Assembly (NCBI GenBank): GCA_031387395.1 | Contig: JANNDE010000145.1 | Coordinates: forward strand, 1-39,601 | Source of the DNA: Hymenobacter sp. | Lineage (GTDB): Bacteria; Bacteroidota; Bacteroidia; Cytophagales; Hymenobacteraceae | Length of the DNA: 39,601 nucleotides | Reading direction: 5' to 3' | Shown: positions 17,068 through 26,260 of the stretch, piece by piece | How the letters are laid out: each line of letters starts with the position of its first letter | Position numbering within the stretch: position 1 is the stretch's first letter | Notes under the pieces: model-generated | Seen by the model: only the letters and a program-made list of their open reading frames with translations | The model's database searches: none | Told to the model about the DNA's origin: nothing | Made by a program: the position numbers and the translations under genes

Positions 17068-20000
17068 ATTGGGCCTGGATTTTGACAGGGAGCGGGCCCG
17101 AGCCGGCCGGGAAAGCGGAGGCGCTGTTTCCGCGCTTAGTGGCTTTCTTTGGGCGGGCAGCCTGCTTCCGGCCCATCATTTACCTGACCACCGCTTTCTT
17201 GCGCGCTCCCTTTCGCTTATCTGCAGCTTTCCTTTCGGCCCGCACGCGGCAGCGCTTGCCGGGGTTGCTGCTATTGGCGGCGGTGCTGTGCTTTGCGGGG
17301 GGATACCTGGCCAGCCGCTACGGGCAGGCCCCGGGCGTGGTGCAGCGCACCGATGTGGCCCGCCTGCAGGACGTGGTGCGCGAGGCCGAAGCCACGGCCC
17401 GCCGCGAGGCCAACACCGTGGCCACGCAACTGCAACGCGGCCCCTACAGCTTCCGGCAGCTGCTGGCCGAAACCACTTACCCAACCTGCGTGCTGGAAAA
17501 CGGCGTGTTGCGCTACTGGTCCGATGCCACATTGCGGCCCGAAGCCGAAACCGCCCCGGCAGTTGCGGAGCGACTGATTGAGACGCCGGTGGGGAACTTC
17601 GTGCAGCTGCGGCAGCCGGCCGGCCGTTTCCTGATACTCATGTACCTGCCGCTGGAGCGCCATTATCGCATCAGCAACCGCTATTTGCGCGAGGGCGGCG
17701 AGCAGGCGCTGTTTCGGGGGCTGGAGCTTGAGGTAGTAGCCGATAACGCGGCCCCGGGGCTGGCCCGGTTCGAAGCTGCGGATGGGCATTATCTGTTCTC
17801 GATTCGACGATTAAAGCCCAATCCGCTCACCGGGCAATATGTGCCGCTGGTGCTGCTGGTGTTGGGCAGCCTGTTGTACGCGGCGGGCTGGCTGCTGCTG
17901 GCGCGGCGCTGGTGGCGCGCCGGCCGCGCCGGGCGGGTAGTGGCGGTGCTGCTACTACCGCTGCTGTTGTTGCGGGCAGTGCTGCTGTTTCTGAGCCTGC
18001 CATACTCCTTCATCGAGCTGCCGCTGTTCGACCCGCGCGTGTATGCGGCGGCATGGTGGGCCCCGTCGCTGGGCGACCTGCTGCTTGATGCGCTGCTGGC
18101 GCTGCTGGTAGCGGTTGGGGGCGTAGCCCTGTGGCGGCGCTACAATGTGCCGGGCCGCTTGCCGGCCCCGGCCCATATGCCGGGGCAGCTTGCGGCAGCG
18201 GCCGCAATTGGTAGTGCCTTCGCCATGTGGCTGGGGCTGCTTTTCGGCTACTACCTCATGGCGTTTGGCAGCTCCCAGCTGAGCCTCGATGTGAGCCGCA
18301 ACGTGCAGCTAAGTGGCTTTTGGGTGGTGCTGGGGCTGGCCGTGCTGCTGCACACCGCCGCCTGGCTCACGGGTTTATTTGGCCTGGCCCAGGTGGCCGG
18401 GGCACTGTTGCGCCACGTGCCGCGCCGGGTGCTGCTGTGGGGGCCGCTGGCGGCGGCGCTGCCAGTGCTGGGAACCGGGCTGGCCCTGGGCGAGCCCTGG
18501 CTGCTGCTGATGGGGGTGCTGCTGCTGTTCGCGGCGCTGGTACGGGCCGTGAACCTGCGCGCCATACCTGGGCCGGGCAGCTACCAGGCTGCGGTTCTGA
18601 TAGTGCTGCTGCTGGCCCTTGCCTCGGCTACGGGCGCGCTGGCGCTCTACGCGCGTTTCGAAAAGCAGCTGCTGGTAGATAAGCAGCGACTGGCTGGCAA
18701 TCTGCTGATTGATAATGACTTTCAGGGAGAATTTCTGCTCAGCGAGCAGATGCGCAAGATTGCTGTGGACCCCTTCGTGCGGCGGTCGCTGACGGCTGCT
18801 TTCGGCAACCCCGACGCGGTGCGCGAGCGCATTGCCCGGCAGTATCTGAACGACTACTTCGACAAATACGAAAGCAATATTACGCTCTACGACGCGCCCG
18901 GTGATGCCGTGGGAGCGGCTCCGGGCACGCCCAATCTGCTGGCGGCGCGCGTCAGCACGGCCCGCCGGGCTACGGCTACCGGGCAGGCGGGGGTGTTTTT
19001 GATGCAGTCGGATAACCCGTTTGGCTCGCGGCGCTACGTGGCCTACATCACCGTGCCCGGCCAGCGGGTGAATGGCATTGGCCTGCCGCTGGGGGCGGTG
19101 CGCGTAGAGCTGGCCCTCAAGAAGCTGACTTCCTACAGTGTGCTGCCGGAGCTACTGGTCGACCAGAAGTTCTTCGAGCCCGGGCTGGCTACCGAGCTTA
19201 GCTACGCGGGCTACAACAAGGGGCAGCTGGTGTACAGTGAGGGCGACTTCGACTACGCCAACCACCTGCCGGCCGGTCTGCTGGCCGACCCGCGCCTCTA
19301 CGCCACCGGCCTCACGCGCAAGGGCTATCAGCACTTCGGCGTGCACGGCTCGCTCGACCGCACGGTGGTCGTGACCACGGCCACGTACTCGGTGGGCGAC
19401 TGGCTGGCCAATTTCTCGTTTCAGTTTCTGCTGTCGGCGGGTTTTTGGCTGTTGCTGGGGGCGGGCGCGCTGCTGATGCGCGACCAGGCATTGCCGCGCC
19501 TCAACTTCAGCACCCGCATTCAGCTGCTGCTGAACGTGGGTATTGTGGTGCCGCTGCTGGTGGTGAGCCTGGCCACGGCCAGCCAGCTCATTGCCTCCTA
19601 CAAGCGCGACCTGGCCCGCACCTACGAACGGCGTGGGCAGTTGGCCCTTGAAAGCCTGCGCCGGCAGCGCCATCTGCTGTCCGATAGCACCGCCCGGCCT
19701 ACCCTGGCGGCGCTGGCCAAAAACGTGGCCGCCCTCACCGAAACCGACCTCAACCTCTACGACGCGCACGGTGAGCTGCTGGCCAGCAGCCAGCCGCTGA
19801 TTTTCGACGCCGGCCTGCTCGGGCCGCTGCTGAACCCGCAGGCGATGGTGGCCCTGCGCGAGCGCAACCGGCCCCGGGCCTTGCTCACGGAGCGGGCGGG
19901 TTCGCTCTCGTTCAACTCGCTGTACCTGCCGGTGCGGGCCAGCGCGGGCGAGGCCGTAGTGGCCGACCTGGCTGGCCATTCGCTGGGGCATGGCCGGGCG

Positions 20001-21104
20001 GGCGTAATCAACAATAAGACGGCCAGATACTCGGTCAACTCTCCATTTGATGATGACGATGGGTCGTCGGCCGATGAGCTGGACATGCCCACCGGCTCAA
20101 TTCTGGGCTACGTGGGCATTCCGTTCTTCGACTCGGAAAAGGCCCTGAATACCAAGCTCACGGAGCTGTTTACGACCATCCTGAACATCTTCACGCTGAT
20201 GTTTTTGATTTTTCTGGGGCTGGCCTACGTAGCGGCGCGGCAGCTCACGGCCCCGCTTACGCTCATTACCGAAAAGCTGACGCAAACCACGCTGACGGGC
20301 GAAAACGAGCTGCTAGAGTACCGTAGCTCTGATGATGAAATCGGCCTGCTGGTGCGCGAGTACAACGCCATGCTCACCAAGCTGGAAGCTAGCAAGCGCG
20401 AGCTGGCGGCCCAGGAAAAGGAGGCGGCTTGGCGTGAGATGGCCCGGCAGGTGGCCCACGAAATCAAAAATCCGCTCACACCCATGAAGCTGAGCCTGCA
20501 GTTTCTGCAGAAAGCTATTGCCGAGCGTCGGCCCAACTCGGAGGAGCTGATTGGCCGCATCTCCCAAACGCTGATTACCCAGATTGACGTGCTGAGCGAC
20601 ATCGCGACCAGCTTCAGCACCTTCACCAACCTGCCCGCTATGCGCCCCGAGCGGCTCGATGTGGCCGGGATTCTGCGGCGCTGCGCCGGCCTGCACCAGC
20701 CTGATACCGACGACGGGGCCCTCGACCTGCACCTGCCGCCCGACGCCGAAACCGGCCGCTACGTGGTGTACGCCGACGAAAGCCTGCTGGTCCGCACCTT
20801 CAACAACCTGCTGATAAACGCCCGCCAGGCCGTGCCCGCCGGCCGCGCCTCGCACATCGATGTGAGCCTGGAACTGGTGGGGGGCGGCAGCGTGCGCGTG
20901 GCCATCCGCGACAACGGCGCGGGTATTCCCGATGAGGTGCGCGAGAAAGTCTTCGTGCCCAACTTCACTACCAAGGAAACCGGCTCGGGCATTGGGCTGG
21001 CCGTGGCCCGGCGCGGCATCGAGAGCGCGGGCGGCAAAATCTGGTTTGAGACGCGGGTAGGAGAGGGGACGGATTTCTTCATCGAGCTGCCGCTGGCGGG
21101 GTAA
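17043..21104 (+). CDS. Multi-TM sensor histidine kinase (HAMP-HisKA-HATPase, NtrY-like); true start probably downstream, e.g. TTG 17199
   Basis: H box AWREMARQVAHEIKNPLTPM, HAMP (DDEIGLL), N box NNLLINARQA, DNGAG, FVPNFTTK, GSGIGL. Confidence 0.92.
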   Translation: MLLSGGIFYWAWILTGSGPEPAGKAEALFPRLVAFFGRAACFRPIIYLTTAFLRAPFRLSAAFLSARTRQRLPGLLLLAAVLCFAGGYLASRYGQAPGVVQRTDVARLQDVVREAEATARREANTVATQLQRGPYSFRQLLAETTYPTCVLENGVLRYWSDATLRPEAETAPAVAERLIETPVGNFVQLRQPAGRFLILMYLPLERHYRISNRYLREGGEQALFRGLELEVVADNAAPGLARFEAADGHYLFSIRRLKPNPLTGQYVPLVLLVLGSLLYAAGWLLLARRWWRAGRAGRVVAVLLLPLLLLRAVLLFLSLPYSFIELPLFDPRVYAAAWWAPSLGDLLLDALLALLVAVGGVALWRRYNVPGRLPAPAHMPGQLAAAAAIGSAFAMWLGLLFGYYLMAFGSSQLSLDVSRNVQLSGFWVVLGLAVLLHTAAWLTGLFGLAQVAGALLRHVPRRVLLWGPLAAALPVLGTGLALGEPWLLLMGVLLLFAALVRAVNLRAIPGPGSYQAAVLIVLLLALASATGALALYARFEKQLLVDKQRLAGNLLIDNDFQGEFLLSEQMRKIAVDPFVRRSLTAAFGNPDAVRERIARQYLNDYFDKYESNITLYDAPGDAVGAAPGTPNLLAARVSTARRATATGQAGVFLMQSDNPFGSRRYVAYITVPGQRVNGIGLPLGAVRVELALKKLTSYSVLPELLVDQKFFEPGLATELSYAGYNKGQLVYSEGDFDYANHLPAGLLADPRLYATGLTRKGYQHFGVHGSLDRTVVVTTATYSVGDWLANFSFQFLLSAGFWLLLGAGALLMRDQALPRLNFSTRIQLLLNVGIVVPLLVVSLATASQLIASYKRDLARTYERRGQLALESLRRQRHLLSDSTARPTLAALAKNVAALTETDLNLYDAHGELLASSQPLIFDAGLLGPLLNPQAMVALRERNRPRALLTERAGSLSFNSLYLPVRASAGEAVVADLAGHSLGHGRAGVINNKTARYSVNSPFDDDDGSSADELDMPTGSILGYVGIPFFDSEKALNTKLTELFTTILNIFTLMFLIFLGLAYVAARQLTAPLTLITEKLTQTTLTGENELLEYRSSDDEIGLLVREYNAMLTKLEASKRELAAQEKEAAWREMARQVAHEIKNPLTPMKLSLQFLQKAIAERRPNSEELIGRISQTLITQIDVLSDIATSFSTFTNLPAMRPERLDVAGILRRCAGLHQPDTDDGALDLHLPPDAETGRYVVYADESLLVRTFNNLLINARQAVPAGRASHIDVSLELVGGGSVRVAIRDNGAGIPDEVREKVFVPNFTTKETGSGIGLAVARRGIESAGGKIWFETRVGEGTDFFIELPLAG

Positions 21105-21179
21105 TGCCGCCGCGATACCCAAGCCACGGCACGAAACCAACTGCTCCCAGCGTTACCCGCCAAACCCGACCTTTACCGC

Positions 21180-24100
21180 ATGATTCGTCGCTTACGTCTG
21201 TGCTTTCCCCTCGTGGGCCTGCTCGTAGCGGCATTCCTATTCTCGAAAACGGAAGTACGGGCGCAGACGCGGCCGGCGAAAACCGGCGAAGCGCCCCCGC
21301 CCAGCACCCGCCGCTGCCGCTGGGTACGGCTGGCAGCCGGCCGCGATACCACCAGCTTCACGCTGACGGATACGCTCACCATCGTGCCATCGTCGGTGAC
21401 AGCCAATGGTCGCGGGCTGGACTACGATGGCCGCACCGAGCAGTACCGCTGGGTGCGGCCCGCGCCGCGCGACAGCAGCGGCGCGGGCCGGTCCGATTCG
21501 CTGCTGGTGTGCTACCGGGTGCTGCCGCTGCGCCTCACGGCGGCGCGGTTCCGGCGGCCGCGTAATTTGATGGACAGTATTGGTTTTCGGCAGGGCTCGA
21601 TGCGAATGGAGGATTTCTCGGTGAAGGAGCAGATTCTGAACACGCCGGGCATCAGCAAAACGGGCAACCTATCGCGTGGGCTCAGCTTTGGCAATACCCA
21701 GAACGTGTTCGTGAACTCGGCCCTGAACCTGCAGCTGGAAGGCCAGCTGGCCGAAAATATCCACCTCACGGCCGCGATTTCGGACCAGAACGTGCCCTTC
21801 CAGCCCGAGGGCAACACCCAGCAGCTCCAGCAGTTCGATAAAATCTACCTCACCCTCACCAACCCCATCTGGAACCTGACGGCCGGCGACGTGGTGCTGC
21901 GCAACAAGCCCGACTACTTCCTGCGCTACTACAAAAACATCCAGGGTGCGGCCGTCGAGGCCAATTTCGGTCCGCCCATCGTGGGCCTGGCGGGTTATGG
22001 CGCGAGCCAGGGCGTGGCCAACGCTACTTTCCTGAACGGCGTGGCCGGGCAGGTACCGGGCGGCGGCATTGCCGGGCCGTCGTCGGCCACGCTCACCCCG
22101 CCCGCTATCAGCCAGCCTCAGCTTACAGACCCTGCCGGGCTGGGCCCCAACCGGCAGGTGCCCGGCGTAGCCCCGCCGCTGCCGCTGGGCGACCGCACAA
22201 CAACGTCAGGCTCCCCCCTCTCCACGGGTGAGGGGGGGCGGGCCCCGGAGGGGTCTCGTGAGGTTACGGTCGGCGGCGTGCGCAAGGGCCTAATCTGGCG
22301 TTCCTCCACCTCGATAGCGGGCGGCGTGGCCAAGGGCAAATTCGCCAGTCTCGACGTGCGGCCGATTGAGAACGTGCAGGGGCCCTACCGCCTCAATGGG
22401 CCCAACGGCGAGCAGTTTATCATCGTGCTGGCCAACTCCGAGAAGGTGTACCTCGACGGCCGCCTGCAAACCCGGGGCTTCGATGCCGACTACACTATCG
22501 ACTACAACCTGGCCGAGGTCACGTTCACGCCGCGCCACCTCATCACCCGCAACTCGCGCATCAAGATTGATTTCGAGTATTCAGACCTCAACTACTCGCG
22601 CTCGCTGGTGGCCGCCAGCCACTACCAGCAGCTGGGCCGGCTGAGCGTGCACGGCAACTTCTACCAGGAGGCCGACAACCCCAACAACGCCCTCAACCTG
22701 AACCTGAAAGACACCACGGTGCTGAAACAGCTGCGCCGCGCCGGCAACGTGGCCGTGGCCGAAGTGGCGGGCGGCGACTCGGTGAAGTACTCCCGCGCGC
22801 AGGTGCTGTACCGGCGCGACCCGCGCACCGGCCAGTTCAGCCGAGCGTTGGGGGCCGATACGCTGCGCGGCGTGTATTCGGTGCGCTTTACGGACGTGGG
22901 GCAGGGCAGTGGCGACTACATTCTTTCGACCGACGTGGCCGACCAGACCAGCAACGGCCGGGTGTATAAGTACGTGGCTCCCGTGGTGGGCGTGCGCCAG
23001 GGCCGCTACCTGCCCATCCGCCGCATTCCGACGCCGCTATTGAAGCAGATGGCTACGGTAGGCGTGAGCCTGCAGGTAGACAGCAGCACGACGGTATTCG
23101 TGGATGCGGCCCGCTCGCGGCTCGACCGCAACCGCTTTTCGCCGGTGAGCGACCAGGACGGCGCTTTCCGGGTGGGCTACGTGGTGCAGGACCGCCGCCT
23201 GCCCGCCGCCCTGGCCGGGGCCGGCGCGCTGCGCGGCTACCGCCTGCGCTCGACCATGGACTACGAGTATACCGGCAAGCGCTTCGCGCCGATTGACCGC
23301 TACCGCGACATCGAGTTCGACCGCAACTGGAGCAACGTGAGCAACACGGCCAACGTGGGCGCGGCCGCCGTGGCCCGCGAAGACAATATTTTTAACTTCA
23401 GCCTGGGGGCCAGCCGCGACCTGAACCACAGCGTGAACTACCGCCTGAGCCGCCGCTTCCGGCCCGGCGAGGTGAATGGCGTGCAGCACTGGCTCGACGC
23501 GGCCCAGCAAGTGGGTAACCTGCAGCTGCGCGGCTCGCTGTTTTTGCTGAACTCGCAGGCCGGGCGCTTCAATTCGAGCTGGGCGCGGGGCGAGGCCACG
23601 GGGCGCTACGTGGGCGGCCGCGTGGTGCCCGGCTACGCCTACCGCTTCGATAAAAACCGGGTGAGCTCGACCAGCACCGACACCATCCGCTCGGCCAACT
23701 ACTTCGACGAGCACGACGTGTTTATTCAGAGCCGTGACTCAGCCCGCACCCAGTTTCGGCTCGACTATACCTACCGGCGCGACCAGGCTCCCAACCGCGA
23801 GCAAACCGCGCTGCAGCGGCGCGGCACCGCCCAAACCTGGCAGGGCATGCTGGCCAGCCGGCTGGGCCGCAACCAGTACGTGCGTGTGCTGGGCACCTAC
23901 CGCAACCTCGACTCGCTGGGTCTGGCCCGCAACCGCACCGTGCTCGGGCAGCTGTTCTACAACGTGGGCCTGCTGCAAAACCAGGTGCGCTCCGAGCTGA
24001 ACTACAGCATCGCCACCGGCCGCGAGCTCAAGCGTGACTACTCGTTTCTGGCCGTGCCGGCCGGGCAGGGCACCCACTACTACGCCGGCGACCTGAACAA

Positions 24101-25079
24101 CAATGGCGCGCAGGACAAGGACGAGTTTTTCGAGGCCCAGACGCCGGATGCGCAGTACCGCACGTTCATCAAGGTGTATCTGCCCACCACCGACTACGTG
24201 ACGGCCTATACCAACCGGCTGGCCTATCGCCTCACCACGGCCGCCCCGCGCGGCTGGCGCGCGGCCGGCGGCTGGCGCGCGGTGGCCGCCCGCTTCGCCA
24301 CGCTCACCAGCATCACCGTCGACCGCCGCACCACCGACCCGTCCGTGCTCAAGCGCCTCAGTCCCCTGAGCTTCGATAAGGAAGACGCCCAGCTGCTGGC
24401 TTTTAATCAACTGTTTCGCAACACGCTGTACTTCAATCGTTCGAACCCCATTTTTGGGGCCGAGCTCACCTTTCAGCAAACGCAGCAGAAAACCCGGCTC
24501 GTGCAGGGCTCCGATTTGCGCAACCTCAGCACCCAGAGCCTGCTCCTGCGCCGCACGCTGGCCACCACGTTCACGGGCCGCCTCACGGCCGCGCGCGACA
24601 TCCGCGAGGCCAGCAGCAACTACCTGCTCACCCGCAACTACCGCCTGCTGATGTACACCGTGCAGCCCGAAATCAGCTACCAGCCCACGCCCAGCCTGCG
24701 CCTGACGGGTACCTACGCCCATACCCGGAAGCAGAATACCCTCACCACGCTGCCCACCGTGCCCGTTCCCACGCCCGCCGAAACCAAGCCCGGCATCTTC
24801 GACGACCTGGGCCTCGAAGCCCGCCTGAGCCAGGTGAGCAAGCGCACCGTGTCGGCCGCCACGCACTACACCCGGGTGTCGTTCAAGGGCGACCCGGCTT
24901 CCGTGGTGGGCATTGAAATCCTGAATGCCCTACGCGACGGCAGCAACTTCACCTGGAACCTGAACGTGGAGCAGCGCCTCAGCAACGGCCTCAACATCAC
25001 GCTGGCCTACGACGGCCGCAAAGCCAGCGGAATCAACACCGTGCACACCGGCCGCATGCAGGTGGCGGTGCTGTTTTAA
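21180..25079 (+). CDS. Large exported outer-membrane beta-rich protein of unknown function
   Basis: Signal peptide, amphipathic Tyr/Arg-rich beta strands, C-terminal GRMQVAVLF, strong codon bias. Confidence 0.8.
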   Translation: MIRRLRLCFPLVGLLVAAFLFSKTEVRAQTRPAKTGEAPPPSTRRCRWVRLAAGRDTTSFTLTDTLTIVPSSVTANGRGLDYDGRTEQYRWVRPAPRDSSGAGRSDSLLVCYRVLPLRLTAARFRRPRNLMDSIGFRQGSMRMEDFSVKEQILNTPGISKTGNLSRGLSFGNTQNVFVNSALNLQLEGQLAENIHLTAAISDQNVPFQPEGNTQQLQQFDKIYLTLTNPIWNLTAGDVVLRNKPDYFLRYYKNIQGAAVEANFGPPIVGLAGYGASQGVANATFLNGVAGQVPGGGIAGPSSATLTPPAISQPQLTDPAGLGPNRQVPGVAPPLPLGDRTTTSGSPLSTGEGGRAPEGSREVTVGGVRKGLIWRSSTSIAGGVAKGKFASLDVRPIENVQGPYRLNGPNGEQFIIVLANSEKVYLDGRLQTRGFDADYTIDYNLAEVTFTPRHLITRNSRIKIDFEYSDLNYSRSLVAASHYQQLGRLSVHGNFYQEADNPNNALNLNLKDTTVLKQLRRAGNVAVAEVAGGDSVKYSRAQVLYRRDPRTGQFSRALGADTLRGVYSVRFTDVGQGSGDYILSTDVADQTSNGRVYKYVAPVVGVRQGRYLPIRRIPTPLLKQMATVGVSLQVDSSTTVFVDAARSRLDRNRFSPVSDQDGAFRVGYVVQDRRLPAALAGAGALRGYRLRSTMDYEYTGKRFAPIDRYRDIEFDRNWSNVSNTANVGAAAVAREDNIFNFSLGASRDLNHSVNYRLSRRFRPGEVNGVQHWLDAAQQVGNLQLRGSLFLLNSQAGRFNSSWARGEATGRYVGGRVVPGYAYRFDKNRVSSTSTDTIRSANYFDEHDVFIQSRDSARTQFRLDYTYRRDQAPNREQTALQRRGTAQTWQGMLASRLGRNQYVRVLGTYRNLDSLGLARNRTVLGQLFYNVGLLQNQVRSELNYSIATGRELKRDYSFLAVPAGQGTHYYAGDLNNNGAQDKDEFFEAQTPDAQYRTFIKVYLPTTDYVTAYTNRLAYRLTTAAPRGWRAAGGWRAVAARFATLTSITVDRRTTDPSVLKRLSPLSFDKEDAQLLAFNQLFRNTLYFNRSNPIFGAELTFQQTQQKTRLVQGSDLRNLSTQSLLLRRTLATTFTGRLTAARDIREASSNYLLTRNYRLLMYTVQPEISYQPTPSLRLTGTYAHTRKQNTLTTLPTVPVPTPAETKPGIFDDLGLEARLSQVSKRTVSAATHYTRVSFKGDPASVVGIEILNALRDGSNFTWNLNVEQRLSNGLNITLAYDGRKASGINTVHTGRMQVAVLF
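22210..22263. repeat. REP-like palindromic element inside the CDS
   Basis: CTCCCCCCTC-TCCACGGGT-GAGGGGGGG hairpin, second hairpin GGCCCC-GGA-GGGGTC, ending GTGAGG. Confidence 0.7.
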
Positions 25080-25939
25080 GAAACGGCCTTTTGGCTATCA
25101 GTCTCTGAATCAGGATTAGTTACTGAAATCTGTGGTTCACTTTCGGAAGTAGCGAAAGATTCGTCGCCTTCCGCACGAGCATCCTGCTCGTCAATAAAAT
25201 AGCTGATATTCAGATTGAGAAGTTGTGCGTAGGGCAACGTTAGCAAATCGCCATCTACGGGATAATATTGCTCCGAAACAGTTTCGGTTGCAGTGGCGAG
25301 TTGCTTACGTTGTGCCGAGTGAATGTAAATAGTGCGCAGCCCGCCATCAGGAGCAAGTTCGTAGCCAGCCAAAAAACCAGAATACAGCATGTCGCCGTTT
25401 TCTAGTTTCACCAGCGCATCTATTACGACAAAGTCGATGTGTTTAGCTTCCTTCAAGCGGATAATGGGCGAGATGTCGGTTGTTTCCAGGATTTCACCGG
25501 TGAGCAAGTAATGCCACTCGTTATCATATCGAAACCATCGGTAACGGCGGTCCCACTTGAGATGACGCACTACCTCGCGAGCAGCCCAGCCGGTGGCCCC
25601 GCTGATGACCAGCAAAGTAGTTTCATATAAAACGGTTGCTGCCAAATTGGCCTCAAGTAGCGCGAATACAGCTTGTACCGTTTTGTCTTCCTTGGCCCCC
25701 AGCAACAGTGTGCCAAGCATTTCAAGGTGGACTAGATAGCCGCCGGGATGCCAGCGGTTGACGGCCCAGATAATGGAGCCCTGCATCAGCAGGCCAGGTA
25801 CGATAGAACGAAACACCTGGTCGGTTATCGTCAGGTTGCTGTATCGAATGGAAAAACGTCCGGCATGATAGAGGCGGAAAAAAGAAAGTCCTGGTGCCAC
25901 CAATAGGAGCACTAGGACAGTCGTAAAGAGAAAATTCAC
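25076..25939 (-). CDS. Hypothetical 3-TM protein with C-terminal soluble beta domain (possibly DUF6338-like)
   Basis: 287-aa ORF, GTG start, LVAPG in the first TM, RYDNEWHYLL, acidic tail; lower GC than neighbours. Confidence 0.75.
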   Translation of the reverse strand: MNFLFTTVLVLLLVAPGLSFFRLYHAGRFSIRYSNLTITDQVFRSIVPGLLMQGSIIWAVNRWHPGGYLVHLEMLGTLLLGAKEDKTVQAVFALLEANLAATVLYETTLLVISGATGWAAREVVRHLKWDRRYRWFRYDNEWHYLLTGEILETTDISPIIRLKEAKHIDFVVIDALVKLENGDMLYSGFLAGYELAPDGGLRTIYIHSAQRKQLATATETVSEQYYPVDGDLLTLPYAQLLNLNISYFIDEQDARAEGDESFATSESEPQISVTNPDSETDSQKAVS

Positions 25940-25954
25940 GCGAAACGGGGTTAA

Positions 25955-26140
25955 TTAATTCTTGCTGCGGTGGATAGCCGTCACCGATTTGTAATGAGTA
26001 ATCTTACCCCCTTGACGCACAGTAATAGATTGCGGACCAGATACGGCTCGGCGCGATTCCAATACAGCATTCATCAGTTTGCGGGCCGAACGAGGGTCTT
26101 GCAGCAATTCGGCAATTTCGGGAGACATGGGCGCTTTCAT
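25955..26140 (-). CDS. Small basic hypothetical protein (61 aa)
   Basis: ATG start, ends 15 bp before the membrane gene, lies downstream of a consensus promoter element. Confidence 0.6.
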   Translation of the reverse strand: MKAPMSPEIAELLQDPRSARKLMNAVLESRRAVSGPQSITVRQGGKITHYKSVTAIHRSKN

Positions 26141-26215
26141 GATACAAATGGCTTATCGAAGAGTAATATATTCTAAACTACTAACTGAAACATTTGGTTG
26201 CTTAGGCGTCTGAAG

Positions 26216-26223
26216 CAAATATA
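26216..26223 (-). promoter_or_regulatory. Bacteroidota -7 promoter element for the two-gene cassette
   Basis: Minus strand reads TATATTTG (TAnnTTTG). Confidence 0.6.
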
Positions 26224-26260
26224 GAATGTTTTTCCTGTATCTGACTGGCAGCTTTCCGCC

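Noticed and set aside
17043-17198. ATG 17043 as kinase start
   Set aside because: It lies within a terminator-like hairpin and the encoded N-terminus looks non-protein-like.
23037-24866. Antisense ORFs of 225 and 375 aa inside the OM gene
   Set aside because: Typical GC-rich antisense frames with no recognisable domains.
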